Source: an uncultured Candidatus Binatia bacterium
GTDB taxonomy: Bacteria > Desulfobacterota > Binatia > UBA9968 > JAJDTQ01
Reading direction: 5' to 3'
DNA: 64,000 nt
Assembly (NCBI GenBank): GCA_965215605.1
Contig: OZ244070.1
Coordinates: 3,776,001-3,840,000, forward strand
Positions 40,121 through 51,306 of the stretch are shown in pieces (positions within the stretch are counted from its first letter, which is position 1; each line of letters starts with the position of its first letter). The notes under the pieces were generated by a model. The model was not told where the DNA came from, did not search any database, and saw only the letters and a list, made by a program, of their open reading frames with translations. A program made the translations under genes and the position numbers.

Positions 40121-42376
40121 TCACTTCTTCAACTCCCGCCATATCCGCTCCGGTGTCATGGGGAGGGTCTTCAGGCGCACCCCCACGGCGTTGTAAATGG
40201 CGTTGGCGATGGCAGGGGCGGCCGGGCCGAAGGGCAGTTCCCCGATGCCCTTCGCTCCATAGGGGCCTTCGGAGGGATCGCCCTCCAGGAACATGGGCTC
40301 AAAGCGCTTGGGCGTGGCGGCGAAGGTGGGGACCCGGTAATCCACGAAGTTGGGGTTCAACACCTGGCCGCCGTCCACCGACAGGTCCTCGTACAGAGCA
40401 TAGCCGATCCCCTGGGTGACGCCCCCCTCTATCTGGCCCTGGACCCCCAGGGGGTTGATGGCCTTGCCGACGTCGTGTACCGCCAGGTAGCGCAGCAGCT
40501 CCACCACGCCGGTCTCCATGTCCACCCGCACCTCGGCCAGGTGGCAGCAGGCGGCGATGACCGGGGCTGCGGCCTCGTAGTCGTTGGTGACGAAGCGGGT
40601 GGCGGCTTCGTCCACGAACGCGCCCTTGCCGATGATGAGCAGGCCCTGGCGGTCGTAGGCCTCCCGGACCACGTCATCGAAATCCACCTCGCCGCCGGGC
40701 TCCACCGTAGCGGCCACACGGTCGTTGCCGAATTCCAGCGTTTCGGGCGCCGCGCGCAGCATGCCGCCGGCCACCTCCGCCAGGCGCCGGCGCGCGTCGG
40801 CGGCGGCAGCGGCCACGGCGTTGCCGCATACGTAGGTGGTGCGGCTGGCCCAGGCGCCCAGGTCGAAGGGGATCACGTCGGTGTCGTTGTGGAAGATGCG
40901 GATGCGGTCCACGGACACGCCCAGCTCCTCGGCGGCGATCTGCGCCATCACCGTGCGGGTGCCGGTGCCGGTGTCGGCGATGGTGGCGATGATCGCCACG
41001 CTGCCGTCCCGGTCCACCTTGACGATGGCCTCGGTGGAGTTCTGCCGGTAGTAGCGCAGGCCCGCGCCGGTCTCGGACAGGACCGCCATGCCGATGCCGG
41101 TGCGCGTCGTGCCTTCGGCGCTTCCCTTGCCCGGCCGCATCACTTCGGTGGCGCGCTCCAGGCAGGCGCGTTCGCACGGGCGCCTCAGGTTCTCGGCGCG
41201 CATCGTCACCGGGTCCAGGTCCAGCCGCCGGGCCATGGTTTCCAGAATGGACTCGAAGGCGAAGGTCTCCTCGGCGTGCCCGAAGCCCCGGAAGGCGCCG
41301 CCGGGCGGCTTGTTGGTGTAGACGAGCCGGGCGTCCACCGAGGCGGCTGGGTGGTGGCGGTCGTAGCTCGAGAAGAAGGTCATGGTGATGAAGTTGATGG
41401 TGGAGATGCCCTTGTCGTTGTAGGCGCCGTTGTCGCCCAGCACCTCCAGATGCTTGGCGCGGATGACGCCGTCCTTCGTGCAGCCCAGCCTGAGCTTGAA
41501 GCGGTAGGCGTAGCGCGCGCCGGCGCAGCGGAACTCCTCGTCCCGGGTGTTGACGATGCGCACGGGCCGGCCGCCGGACTTGCGCGACAGGATCGCGGCA
41601 ATGGGCACCATCACGTTCATCACGAGCCGGGCGCCAAAGCCGCCGCCGGTCTCGGGTTGGATGACGCGCACGTGCCGCTGGGGAATCCCAAGGGCGCGGG
41701 CGGTCTCGGCCCGCAAGGTGTGCGGCGCCTGGGTCTGGTGCCACACGGTGAGCTGCCCGGTGGCGCCGTACTGGGCGATGCAGCCGCGGGTCTCCATGAC
41801 CGCGTGGGACTGGCGCGTGGTCTCGAACTCCTCTTCCAGCACCAGATCGCAGCCGGCGAACGCCGCCTCGACATCGCCCTCCGCCTTGTGCACCTCGTAG
41901 GCGAGGTTGCCGCCGTCGTGGACCGCGGGGGAATCCGGAGACAGGGCCGCGGCCACGTCCAGCACCGGCTCCAGAGGCTCGTACGACACCTCGACAAGGC
42001 GCGCGGCCTCCTCGGCGGTGGCTTCGTCCAGCGCCGCCACCGCGGCCACTTCGTCGCCCGCGTAGCGCACCGTGCGGCCGGGCGCACACAGCGGCGTCTT
42101 GTCCGCGAACTCTGGAACGAAGCTGAACCTGATGTCGGGCATGTCCCGCGCGGTAATGACCGAGACGACCCCGGGCAGCCGTTCCGCCGCCGAAGTGTCG
42201 ATGTCGAGGATCCGGGCGTGGGGCAGGGGACTCCGGCAGATCTTGCCGTAAAGCATTCCCGTGGCGTGCAGGTCCTCGAGGTAGCGGGCCTCGGCGGTGA
42301 CCTTGGCCGCCCCCTCCACCAAGGGCGTGGCCTGGCCGATGGTATGTAGCCCGCGGTGACCGTTCGACGTTCGCAT
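40121..42376 (-). CDS. Xanthine dehydrogenase family molybdopterin-binding subunit (4-hydroxybenzoyl-CoA reductase alpha/nicotinate dehydrogenase-like)
   Basis: RSPLPHARI, GGGFGAR, AFRGFG, GQIEGG, and GAKGIGE. Confidence 0.9.
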   Translation of the reverse strand: MRTSNGHRGLHTIGQATPLVEGAAKVTAEARYLEDLHATGMLYGKICRSPLPHARILDIDTSAAERLPGVVSVITARDMPDIRFSFVPEFADKTPLCAPGRTVRYAGDEVAAVAALDEATAEEAARLVEVSYEPLEPVLDVAAALSPDSPAVHDGGNLAYEVHKAEGDVEAAFAGCDLVLEEEFETTRQSHAVMETRGCIAQYGATGQLTVWHQTQAPHTLRAETARALGIPQRHVRVIQPETGGGFGARLVMNVMVPIAAILSRKSGGRPVRIVNTRDEEFRCAGARYAYRFKLRLGCTKDGVIRAKHLEVLGDNGAYNDKGISTINFITMTFFSSYDRHHPAASVDARLVYTNKPPGGAFRGFGHAEETFAFESILETMARRLDLDPVTMRAENLRRPCERACLERATEVMRPGKGSAEGTTRTGIGMAVLSETGAGLRYYRQNSTEAIVKVDRDGSVAIIATIADTGTGTRTVMAQIAAEELGVSVDRIRIFHNDTDVIPFDLGAWASRTTYVCGNAVAAAAADARRRLAEVAGGMLRAAPETLEFGNDRVAATVEPGGEVDFDDVVREAYDRQGLLIIGKGAFVDEAATRFVTNDYEAAAPVIAACCHLAEVRVDMETGVVELLRYLAVHDVGKAINPLGVQGQIEGGVTQGIGYALYEDLSVDGGQVLNPNFVDYRVPTFAATPKRFEPMFLEGDPSEGPYGAKGIGELPFGPAAPAIANAIYNAVGVRLKTLPMTPERIWRELKK

Positions 42377-42614
42377 GACGCGCGCATCTTATCACACCTG
42401 TCCGCCGGACAGGACACGGGAGCCGCAGAAAGTGGCCGGGAGCATTTCAAGAAACAGGGTTGCATTCCACACCGAAGGTGGAATAGGGTTACGGCTTTTG
42501 TTGCAGTGGTCTGACGGGCTGCGGGGACAGGGTCCGGCGCCCATCCTCGCCATCGTCCCGCGGCATCCCGCACGGGGACCCGCCCGGCAGTCGAGTTAAA
42601 CGGAGGTTACATTC

Positions 42615-44348
42615 ATGAGCGACAAGAAAGTCCTTAACCGGGACGCACGGCGCTACACGCTGCCGTCGGAGCGCGCCCTCGGAGCCGAAACCCACAGCTA
42701 CCTGCCGGAGTTGTGCGACCAACTCCGTACGCGCAAGATCGGCCGGCGCGATTTCCTGCGCCAGGCGGCGCTGCTGGGCATGACCGTGGGCGGCGCCTAC
42801 GCCATGGTCGACAAGCTCGTCGGCGGGTCGTTCACGCCCATCGTGGCGGCAGCAACCCCGAAACCCGGCGGCACCTTGCGGGTGTCCATGCGCATACAGG
42901 AAGTGACCGATCCGGCGACCTTCGACTGGACCGAGAAATCCAACGTCGCGCGCTTCATCGTGGAGCACCTGACCCGGACCCGGGCGGACAACGTGACGGT
43001 TCCCTACCTCGCCAAGAGCTGGGAGGCGTCGGACGACCTCAAGTCCTGGGTGTTTCACCTCCGGGACGACGTGACTTGGTCCAACGGCGACAAGTTCACC
43101 TCCACGGACGTGGCGCACACCGTGAACCGGTGGCTGGACCCCAAGACCGGCTCCTCCAACCTGGGGCTGTTCGCCGCCATGGTGGAGACCGTCAAGGGAG
43201 CCGATGGGAAGGAGACCAAGCGGGGCATTGCGGGCGCCGTGGAGGTCATCGACGACCACACCATCAAGTTCAATCTGAGGCAGCCCGCCCTGGCCATGCC
43301 GGAAAATTTCTACAACTACCCGGCCGCCATCGTCCATCGCGGTTTCGGCAAGGACTACCCCGCCGACCTGTCCAGGAATCCCATCGGCACCGGTCCGATG
43401 AAGCTGGAGTCCTTCGCCGTCGGCGAGAGGGCCATTCTCAAGAAGGCGCGGGATTGGTGGGCCGGGCCGTTCTACCTGGATGAGATCCAGTATTTCGACC
43501 ATGGCGAGGATACCAATGCGTGGATCGCGGCGCTGGCGTCACAACAGGTGGACATGGTCTTCCGATTGCCCAACAACGCCATCGAGACGGTCAAGCGCCT
43601 GCCCTTCGTGGACCTTCACGAGGCGACCACGGCGCAGACCGCGGTCATGCGGTTCCGCATCACGGAGAAACCCTTCGACAACCTCAAGCTGCGTCAGGCC
43701 ATCGCCGCGTGCATGGACCAAAAAGAACTCCTGGACAAGGCGTTCAAGGGCCTCGGTCAGGTGGCGGAGAATCACCACGTCTGCCCCATCCATCCCGACT
43801 ACGCGGCGCTGCCCCCGCTCAAGCGGGATATCGAAAAGGCCAAGAAGCTCCTGGCCGAAGCCGGCTACAAGGACGGCATCACCGTCGAAATCGCCAACGG
43901 CGATACCGAAGGGCCGTGGATGACCGACGTTTGCGCCATCTTCAAGAATCAGCTCGCGCCCGCGGGCATCAACCTCAAGATCAACAAGATGCCCGACAGC
44001 CAGTACCGGGAGGTATGGGACAAGGCGCCCTGGGGCTACACCGCGTGGACGCACCGCCCCCTCGGCACCATGGTTCTCGGTCTGGCCTACCGCTCCGGCG
44101 TGCCATGGAACGAGACCGCCTACAACAACCCCGGGTTCGACGCCGCCCTCGACGACGCCGAGGCCACCCTCGATGTCAACGAACGCAAGAAGAAGATGGC
44201 CGTGTGCGAGAAGATCCTCCAGGACGACGCCATCATCCCGCAGCCCTTCTGGCGCTCGGTCTTCAAGGCGGCCAACAAGCGGGTCAAGGGGCATCAGACG
44301 CATCCCACGCTGTACCACCAGTTTCAGAACGTCTGGCTGGAGGGTTGA
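42615..44348 (+). CDS. Peptide/nickel (family 5) ABC transporter substrate-binding protein, Tat-exported
   Basis: GRRDFLR twin-arginine motif, PYLAKSWE, LRDDVTWSNG, and PIGTGP. Confidence 0.9.
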   Translation: MSDKKVLNRDARRYTLPSERALGAETHSYLPELCDQLRTRKIGRRDFLRQAALLGMTVGGAYAMVDKLVGGSFTPIVAAATPKPGGTLRVSMRIQEVTDPATFDWTEKSNVARFIVEHLTRTRADNVTVPYLAKSWEASDDLKSWVFHLRDDVTWSNGDKFTSTDVAHTVNRWLDPKTGSSNLGLFAAMVETVKGADGKETKRGIAGAVEVIDDHTIKFNLRQPALAMPENFYNYPAAIVHRGFGKDYPADLSRNPIGTGPMKLESFAVGERAILKKARDWWAGPFYLDEIQYFDHGEDTNAWIAALASQQVDMVFRLPNNAIETVKRLPFVDLHEATTAQTAVMRFRITEKPFDNLKLRQAIAACMDQKELLDKAFKGLGQVAENHHVCPIHPDYAALPPLKRDIEKAKKLLAEAGYKDGITVEIANGDTEGPWMTDVCAIFKNQLAPAGINLKINKMPDSQYREVWDKAPWGYTAWTHRPLGTMVLGLAYRSGVPWNETAYNNPGFDAALDDAEATLDVNERKKKMAVCEKILQDDAIIPQPFWRSVFKAANKRVKGHQTHPTLYHQFQNVWLEG

Positions 44349-44371
44349 GAGTCTACGCTGCGACGGATCCT

Positions 44372-44472
44372 GCAGGGGTGACCGGCCGGTCGCCCCTGCC
44401 CGCGCCCTCGGATACGGGGGATCGCCGGAAGCAGGGGAATGGCTGCAGGGGCGGTCGACGGGCCGCCCCCGC
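44372..44472. repeat. Two related GC-rich palindromes (REP-like) between SBP and permease genes
   Basis: GCAGGGGTGACCGG-CCGGTCGCCCCTGC (44372-44399) and GCAGGGGCGGTC-GACG-GGCCGCCCCCGC (44445-44472). Confidence 0.55.
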
Positions 44473-44534
44473 TTGTGCGCCCCTCGCGGCTGGCCGGGAT
44501 CGCGCGCGCGAACCGCGAGCATCGGAGACTTGAA

Positions 44535-45467
44535 ATGTCACAACTGATTCTGCGGCGCGTCGGCATGATGATCCTCATCATGCTCACGGTCTCGCTGCTT
44601 CTGTTTCTCATGAACGAGGGCGACCCGCGGTTGATCGCCCGCAGCGTTCTCGGGCCCTACGCTCAGGACCTGCAACTCGACGCCTGGATCGCGGAGCATG
44701 GCTACGACCGGCCGATCATGGTCCGCTATGTCGATTGGGTCGGGCGGGTGCTGTCCGGCGACCTCGGTCACTCCATCATCTACAAACGGCCGGTGAACGA
44801 GTTCTTCTGGGACCGGCTTGGCAATACCGGGATCCTCGCCGGCATCACGTTTGTCGTCATGGTGGTGGTGGCCCTGACCCTCGGGGTTCTGGCGGGCATG
44901 AAGGAAGGCTCGGCTCAGGATCGGGTCATCTCGGTCTTCTCCATCACCACGACCTCGATCCCGGAATACGCCAGCGCGGTGCTGTTGGCCTGGATCTTCG
45001 TTTTCGGGCTGGGCTGGCTTCCGGGGACTTCGTCCATGACCGGAGGGTTCAATTTCGTCGAGTTGATCCTGCCCGTGATGGTGCTGACACTGTACGGTTT
45101 CGGCTACGTGGCGCGCATGACGCGCGCGTCCATGGCGGAGGTGATGACCAACCCCTACATCCGCACGGCCATGCTCAAGGGGCTGCCCTACCGGCATATC
45201 ATCATGAAGCACGCCCTGCGCAACGCCCTGATCGCGCCGTTCACAGTCATCATGCTGCAGATCAACTGGCTCTTGTCCGGCGTGGTGGTGACGGAGTTCG
45301 CCTTCGGCTACAAGGGCTTCGGCGCGCTGCTGCTGGAGGCGGCGCTGCGGCGCGACATCTTCGTCATCGAGGCCTGTGGCCTGGCGGCGGTGTTCGTGGC
45401 GGTCTTTACCCAGACCATCGGCGATGTCGGGTACACCTACCTGAACCCGCGAATCCGGTTCAAGTGA
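44535..45467 (+). CDS. Dpp/Opp ABC transporter permease (DppB-like)
   Basis: GDLGHS, RMTRASM..V, and HALRNAL. Confidence 0.92.
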   Translation: MSQLILRRVGMMILIMLTVSLLLFLMNEGDPRLIARSVLGPYAQDLQLDAWIAEHGYDRPIMVRYVDWVGRVLSGDLGHSIIYKRPVNEFFWDRLGNTGILAGITFVVMVVVALTLGVLAGMKEGSAQDRVISVFSITTTSIPEYASAVLLAWIFVFGLGWLPGTSSMTGGFNFVELILPVMVLTLYGFGYVARMTRASMAEVMTNPYIRTAMLKGLPYRHIIMKHALRNALIAPFTVIMLQINWLLSGVVVTEFAFGYKGFGALLLEAALRRDIFVIEACGLAAVFVAVFTQTIGDVGYTYLNPRIRFK

Positions 45468-45477
45468 GGAGGGGAAC

Positions 45478-46371
45478 ATGGCCACGAATACCGAAAATGC
45501 GCCTCTCGTAAGACCGGATTCGAGCATCGTGAACGTCTTCAAGGCCGTGGCTCTTCTGCGCGAGAGCCCGGTGGGTCTCATCGGCGCGCTCATCGTCCTG
45601 CTGTTCATCCTGCTCGCGATCTTCGCGCCGCTGGTGTCGCCCTTCGATCCCAACGCCACCATGCTGCCCTTTGCCTTCCCGGGAACCGCCGCTCCGGACG
45701 GCGGCGTATTCCTCTTGGGGACCGACCATCTTGGCCGGGACATCCTTTCCCGCATCATCTGGGGCGGGCAGCGGGTTCTGTTCTACGCCACGGCGGCCAC
45801 GGTGTCGGCCTACATCGTCGGCATCATCATGGGTCTGGCGGCCGGCTATTTCCGCGGCTACCTGGACGAAATCATCTCGTTCTTCGCCAACGTGATCCTG
45901 TCGTTTCCCATCATGGTGCTGTACGTGCTGATCATCGCCAAGCTGGGCGCGTCCGGACTCAACATCATCTTCGCGGTGGTGTTCGCGTCGTCGCCGGGCA
46001 TCATGCGCATCGTGCGCGGTGTCACCATGGACATCGCCACCCGCGACTACATCGCCGCCTCGCAGACTCGCGGCGAGGGTCCCTGGTACATCATGCTGGT
46101 GGAGATTCTGCCCAACGCGCGCAGTCCGCTCATTGTCGATTTCTGCCTGCGCATGGGCTACACGACCATCACCATCGGCGCCCTCGGCTTCCTGGGCCTG
46201 GGACTGCCGCCGCCGGATCCCGACTGGGGCGGCATGATCACCGAGACCCGCGCCTTCGTCACCGGCGGCTTCCCGCACATGGCCATCATGCCGGCGTGCG
46301 CGGTGTCGCTGCTGGTGCTGGGCTTCAATCTGCTGGCCGACGGGCTGCGGGAAGTATCGCTGAGGGACTGA
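45478..46371 (+). CDS. Dpp/Opp ABC transporter permease (DppC-like)
   Basis: LGTDHLGRD, EILPN, and FLGLGLPPPDPDWGGM. Confidence 0.92.
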   Translation: MATNTENAPLVRPDSSIVNVFKAVALLRESPVGLIGALIVLLFILLAIFAPLVSPFDPNATMLPFAFPGTAAPDGGVFLLGTDHLGRDILSRIIWGGQRVLFYATAATVSAYIVGIIMGLAAGYFRGYLDEIISFFANVILSFPIMVLYVLIIAKLGASGLNIIFAVVFASSPGIMRIVRGVTMDIATRDYIAASQTRGEGPWYIMLVEILPNARSPLIVDFCLRMGYTTITIGALGFLGLGLPPPDPDWGGMITETRAFVTGGFPHMAIMPACAVSLLVLGFNLLADGLREVSLRD

Positions 46372-46464
46372 TCGGGGGGGCTCGAGCTGGCGCGCCCGTC
46401 GACGGACTCAGGACAGGCGCCGTGCAGCGAAGGACGCCAACTCGGCACGACTTGGAGACACGCA

Positions 46465-48579
46465 ATGGCTGATCACAACGGCAGCGGCGAGACGCCGGTC
46501 CTGGAGATTTCGGGCCTGCGGCTGAGCTACTACACGCGCGCCGGGGAGATTCCGGCGGTGATGGACTTCGACCTTACCATCGCCAAGGGCGAATCCGTGG
46601 GGCTGGTGGGCGAATCCGGGTGCGGCAAGTCCACGGTGGCCAACGGCATCATGCGCTACATGGGCAAGAACGGCGGCATCGTCGGCGGCACCATCAAGTT
46701 CCAGGGCCGGGACATGGCGGAATTGACCGAGGAGGAGGTCCGGCGAGTGCGCGGCAGGGACATCGCCATGATCTACCAGGAGCCCATGGCCGCGCTCAAT
46801 CCCAGCCTGACCATCGCCGCCCAGCTCATGGAAGTGCCCATGATCCACGAGGGCGTGAGCGAGGAAGAGGCCTTCCAGCGCTCCTTCGACATGCTGGCGG
46901 CCGTGAACATCCCGGATCCCAAGCGCCTGATGGACTCCTACCCGCACCAGGTCTCCGGCGGCCAGCAGCAGCGGGTGGTCATCGCCATGGCGCTGTTGTC
47001 GCGGCCGGCGCTGCTATTGCTGGACGAGCCCACCACCGCCCTTGACGTCACGGTGGAGGCGGGGATCGTGGAGCTGATCGCCGAGTTGAGCAAGGAATCC
47101 GGCGCGTCACTGCTCTACATCTCCCACAACCTCGGCTTGATGCTGGAGGTCTGCGACCGGATCTGCGTCATGTACTCCGGCGAGGTGGTGGAGGAGGGGC
47201 ATATCGATTCGATCTTCTCATGGCCGAAACACCCCTACACTCACGGACTGTTCGGCTGCATCCCGCTGCCCCACGCCGACAAGAACGCGCGCCCGCTGAG
47301 CGCCATCAAGGGACAGCTTCCGTTGCCGCACCAGCGGCCCAAGGGCTGCTACTTCGGACCACGTTGCGAGTTCTTCGAGGCCGGGCGTTGCGACAGCGAC
47401 CACATTCCCATGGAGGGCGTGCACACCGACGACGACCCGGCGCACCGGGTGCGGTGCCTGCGCTGGAACGAGATCGACCACGACGAGGCCGTGAAGAACG
47501 AGATCACGCGCGAACCCATCGAGGTGGGCGACACGGTCCTCGAGGTCGACAACATGCGCAAGTACTACGACGTCAAGGAAAGCACGCTGGCGACGCTCAT
47601 CTCCCGGGAATCCGTGCGTCAGGTGAAGGCCAACGAGAGCATCAGCTTCGACGCCGGGGAAGGGGAGACCGTGGCCATCGTCGGCGAGTCGGGCTGCGGC
47701 AAATCCACCTTCGCCAAGGTCCTGATGGGCCTGGAAACGGCCACCGACGGCGAGGTGCGGCTCGACGGGACCGACTTGGGCAGCATCGGGGTCCAGAAAC
47801 GCACCCCGGAGCAGCTTGCGTCGCTGCAGATGGTGTTCCAGAACCCCAACGACACGCTCAACCCGTCCCACTCCGTCGGCTACCAGATCGGCCGGGTCAT
47901 CAAGCGCTTCGGCATCGAGTCCGACCCGGCCAGGATCCAGGATCGGGTCCACAAGCTGCTGGACACGGTGAAGCTGCCCCGGGCCTTCGCCGCCCGCAAG
48001 CCGCGCCAGCTATCCGGCGGACAGAAACAACGGGTGGGCATCGCCCGGGCCTTCGCCGGCAATCCGAAGACCGTCATTGCGGATGAGCCCATCTCCGCGC
48101 TGGATGTTTCGGTGGCGGCGGCGGTGACCGAGTTGCTGATGGACATCCAACGCGAGCACCGCACCACGCTGCTGTTCATCAGCCACGACCTGGCCGCGGT
48201 GCGCTACCTCGCCGACCGCGTGGTGGTCATGTACCTGGGACAGATCATGGAGAGGGGGACCACCGAGGAAGTCTTCGCGCCGCCGTACCATCCCTATACC
48301 GAGGCGTTGCTCTCGGCGGTGCCCATCGCCGACCCGGAGGTGGAGAAGCGCCGCATCGTGCTGGAAGGCAATCTGCCGAGCCCTCTCGATCCGCCCAAGG
48401 GATGCCCGTTCTCGACGCGGTGCCAGCGGAAGGTCGGGAGCATCTGCGATGACGAGCCGCCGCCGGTACAGCTCGACACCGACGGCCATTCCATCGCCTG
48501 CCACATCCCCTTGGACGAACTGCGGGAGGTGGAGCCGGTCATCACCATCCCGGATCGGGATCTCGAGACGACCACCTGA
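46465..48579 (+). CDS. Dpp/Opp ABC transporter fused double ATP-binding protein
   Basis: Two GESGCGKST Walker A motifs, two SGGQ signatures, HPYT, and C-terminal Cys clusters. Confidence 0.95.
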   Translation: MADHNGSGETPVLEISGLRLSYYTRAGEIPAVMDFDLTIAKGESVGLVGESGCGKSTVANGIMRYMGKNGGIVGGTIKFQGRDMAELTEEEVRRVRGRDIAMIYQEPMAALNPSLTIAAQLMEVPMIHEGVSEEEAFQRSFDMLAAVNIPDPKRLMDSYPHQVSGGQQQRVVIAMALLSRPALLLLDEPTTALDVTVEAGIVELIAELSKESGASLLYISHNLGLMLEVCDRICVMYSGEVVEEGHIDSIFSWPKHPYTHGLFGCIPLPHADKNARPLSAIKGQLPLPHQRPKGCYFGPRCEFFEAGRCDSDHIPMEGVHTDDDPAHRVRCLRWNEIDHDEAVKNEITREPIEVGDTVLEVDNMRKYYDVKESTLATLISRESVRQVKANESISFDAGEGETVAIVGESGCGKSTFAKVLMGLETATDGEVRLDGTDLGSIGVQKRTPEQLASLQMVFQNPNDTLNPSHSVGYQIGRVIKRFGIESDPARIQDRVHKLLDTVKLPRAFAARKPRQLSGGQKQRVGIARAFAGNPKTVIADEPISALDVSVAAAVTELLMDIQREHRTTLLFISHDLAAVRYLADRVVVMYLGQIMERGTTEEVFAPPYHPYTEALLSAVPIADPEVEKRRIVLEGNLPSPLDPPKGCPFSTRCQRKVGSICDDEPPPVQLDTDGHSIACHIPLDELREVEPVITIPDRDLETTT

Positions 48580-48666
48580 AACCGGACGATTTCCATCCGG
48601 GACCGAAGGTGGTAGTTTTGCCGTGTCGAAAGCATGTGCACGAAAACACCGTCAAGGGAGAAGAAC

Positions 48667-49689
48667 ATGGGGAAAATCGACTCGGCATTCAAGGTCATCG
48701 ACGCTGACGCCCACGCACGGGACAACGACGAGTTCGTCAAGCCGTTCCTCGGCGAGGCCTTTCAGAACCGCCGGCCGCCGTTCATTCCGAGAGAGACCTA
48801 CGACCGCAACCTCGGCGGCACCTTGGGGCACGCGGGCATCAAGCACGAGGAACGGCTCTCCGCCATGGACACCCAGGAGATCCATACCGCGGTCATGTAC
48901 CCCACCAGCGGGCTGGGCATCGGCCGCATCCGCGAACCCGGCTACCAGACCCAGTTGTGCCGCGCCTACAACGAGTTCATCGCCGACTACTGCAAGGCTT
49001 CGCCGCGACTCAAGGCCGTGGCGAACCTGCCGGTCAACGCTCCGGAGGCGGCGGCCGGGGAGTTGCGCTACGCGGTCACCGAGCTGGGACTGGTGGGAGG
49101 CATGCTGGCGGCCCAGGGGCATGGAAAGAACTTCGGCTCACCGGAGTATTTTCCGCTCTACGAGGAAGCGCAGAAGATCGGGACGCCGCTGGCGATCCAC
49201 GCCTTCGGCGGCGACGAGCCCGGCAGCGAGATCTTCGACCAGTTCATCGCCATCCACACCACCGGCCACCCGTTTCCGGTATTGCGCCAGCTCACGGGCA
49301 TGGTCTTCGCCGGCGTTCCGGAGCTGTTTCCCGACCTGAAGCTCGGCTTTCTCGAGATCGGCTGCGGCTGGATCCCCTACTGGTCGGACCGGATGGACGA
49401 GGAGTGGGAAAAACGCGGCGCCGTGGAAGCCCCCGAGTGCAAGCAGGAGCCCAGCCACTACATCACCAGCAAGAACGTGTACTACGGCTGCGAGCCTGAC
49501 GAGAAGACCATCGGCTACGTGGTGGGGGAGATCGGCTCCGAGACCATCATGTATGCGTCGGACTATCCTCATTGGGACATGAGCTGGCCGGAATCGGGCT
49601 CGTTGATCTGGTCGCGGGACGACCTCTCGCGGGAGGCCAAGCAGAACATCCTGGGAGACAACGCCCGGCGCTTCTACGGACTCGACTGA
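48667..49689 (+). CDS. Amidohydrolase family 2 protein
   Basis: IDADAH, AYNEF, LAIH, FLEIGCGW, ASDYPHWD, and ILGDNARRFY. Confidence 0.9.
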   Translation: MGKIDSAFKVIDADAHARDNDEFVKPFLGEAFQNRRPPFIPRETYDRNLGGTLGHAGIKHEERLSAMDTQEIHTAVMYPTSGLGIGRIREPGYQTQLCRAYNEFIADYCKASPRLKAVANLPVNAPEAAAGELRYAVTELGLVGGMLAAQGHGKNFGSPEYFPLYEEAQKIGTPLAIHAFGGDEPGSEIFDQFIAIHTTGHPFPVLRQLTGMVFAGVPELFPDLKLGFLEIGCGWIPYWSDRMDEEWEKRGAVEAPECKQEPSHYITSKNVYYGCEPDEKTIGYVVGEIGSETIMYASDYPHWDMSWPESGSLIWSRDDLSREAKQNILGDNARRFYGLD

Positions 49690-49854
49690 GGGTCCGCCCC
49701 CAGGCGCCGGAGCGTCGCACCGGTTGCCATCCGTCCGGCTTTCAAGTAACTAGTTTGACTTCGTTGGAGGAAGCCCGCCCGTTCCCGCCGGTGCCGCATG
49801 CGGCACCGGGAAGCGGTGGCCTTCAACGAAAATACACGTGTTTCAGGAGTTTCG

Positions 49855-50604
49855 ATGCCTCTTTCCGGCGATGCTTTTGTACAGGAGATTCACGACACGG
49901 TTCGCGCCAAGCACTCCAAGGACAACCCTCTGATCGGGATGATCGAAAGGGGCGAGATCGACCGGGAGGCGCTCAAGGGATTCGTGGGGCAGTTCTATCT
50001 TTTCTTCCCCAAGCCCTTTCCCAAGCCCATCGCGGCCATGCTGGGACGCTGTCCCGAGGACGCCGAGCTGGAGCGGATGTGGATCGAGAACGTGGTGGAG
50101 GAGGGTACCGGGGAGATCTCCGGCACCGACAGCCACCGCGGCCTCTTCATCCGTTTCGCCATGAGCTGCGGCTACGCTTCCAAGGAGGAGTTGGACGCGG
50201 TACAGGCCCTGCCCGAGACCTCGGCGTTCCTCGACTGGCGCGATCTGCTCATGTACCAACGCTCGTGGCTGGAGCTCTACGCCTGCCAGGGGTTCTGCCT
50301 TGAAGGCACCGCCAGCGAGCGCATGAGCCGCATCGTCACCGGACTGACCACGCACTACGGCTTCGACCGGGAAAGCGACGACATCCGCTACTGGACGCTG
50401 CACATGGGCGTGGACGAAGAGCACATGAAGGTGGGCCCGTTGGCCGTGAGCAGATACGCGGTCACCGACCAGCAGCAGGACCAGGTGCGCCAGTCGGTGC
50501 AGAAGACCCTGGACCAGTTCTGGCTGGCTTTCGACGGCATCAAGAGAGCCTTCGTCGACAAGGACCCCATCTACGCCGGTTGGCGCAACGGGGGCGCGGC
50601 CTGA
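49855..50604 (+). CDS. Heme-oxygenase-like diiron oxidase (TenA/PqqC/CADD superfamily)
   Basis: ENVVEEGTG...SH, CLEG, and WTLHMGVDEEH give the E/H...E...HxxxDxxH diiron ligand pattern. Confidence 0.75.
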   Translation: MPLSGDAFVQEIHDTVRAKHSKDNPLIGMIERGEIDREALKGFVGQFYLFFPKPFPKPIAAMLGRCPEDAELERMWIENVVEEGTGEISGTDSHRGLFIRFAMSCGYASKEELDAVQALPETSAFLDWRDLLMYQRSWLELYACQGFCLEGTASERMSRIVTGLTTHYGFDRESDDIRYWTLHMGVDEEHMKVGPLAVSRYAVTDQQQDQVRQSVQKTLDQFWLAFDGIKRAFVDKDPIYAGWRNGGAA

Positions 50605-50642
50605 GCCGGCGGCAGGCGCCCAACCCCTCAGGAAACACGACC

Positions 50643-51293
50643 ATGTCCATGATCGATCTCTCGCGGATAATCTATGACGGCATGCCCAAGATCCCGGCGC
50701 TGCCTGACGTGCACGTGCAGCGATTTTTCGATCTCGGCAAGGGCCACCCGCTCAACGTCACCGAGATCAACCTGCCGTGTCATGCCGGGACCCACGTGGA
50801 CGCGCCGGTCCACATCATGCCCGACGGCAAGTCCATCGAGGAGCTGTCGCTCGACGCCTTCGTCGGTCCGGGCGCGGTGATCTCCGTGGAGAAGGGCGGG
50901 GGAGAGGAAGTCACCGCGGCGGATCTCCAGGGCTCGGGGGTTGTGGTGGAGCGGGGCGACGTGCTGATGCTGCATACCGGATGGGACGAGAAGTTCGAAA
51001 GCGAAGAATACAATATGCACCCCTATCTCTCCGTCGACGCGGCGGAATGGATCGTGGAGCGCGGAGTGAAGCTGTTCGGGATCGACTGCATCACGGTGGA
51101 CCTGCCCACGCCGTTGCGGCCCAAGGGGTTCGACTTCCCGGTACACCGGACTCTCCTGGGCAACGACGTGCTGATCGCCGAGAACGTAACCAATCTCGCC
51201 GCCATTGCTGGACGCAAAAGCCGCATCATGGCGCTACCCCTCAAGGTGCAGGGGAGCGACGCGGCCCACGCCAGAATCGTCGCCGAGGTCTGA
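50643..51293 (+). CDS. Cyclase family / kynurenine formamidase-like protein
   Basis: HAGTHVDAPVH, LHTGW, GID, PVHRTLL, and ENVTNL. Confidence 0.9.
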   Translation: MSMIDLSRIIYDGMPKIPALPDVHVQRFFDLGKGHPLNVTEINLPCHAGTHVDAPVHIMPDGKSIEELSLDAFVGPGAVISVEKGGGEEVTAADLQGSGVVVERGDVLMLHTGWDEKFESEEYNMHPYLSVDAAEWIVERGVKLFGIDCITVDLPTPLRPKGFDFPVHRTLLGNDVLIAENVTNLAAIAGRKSRIMALPLKVQGSDAAHARIVAEV

Positions 51294-51306
51294 GCGAGGT
51301 CAAGGC

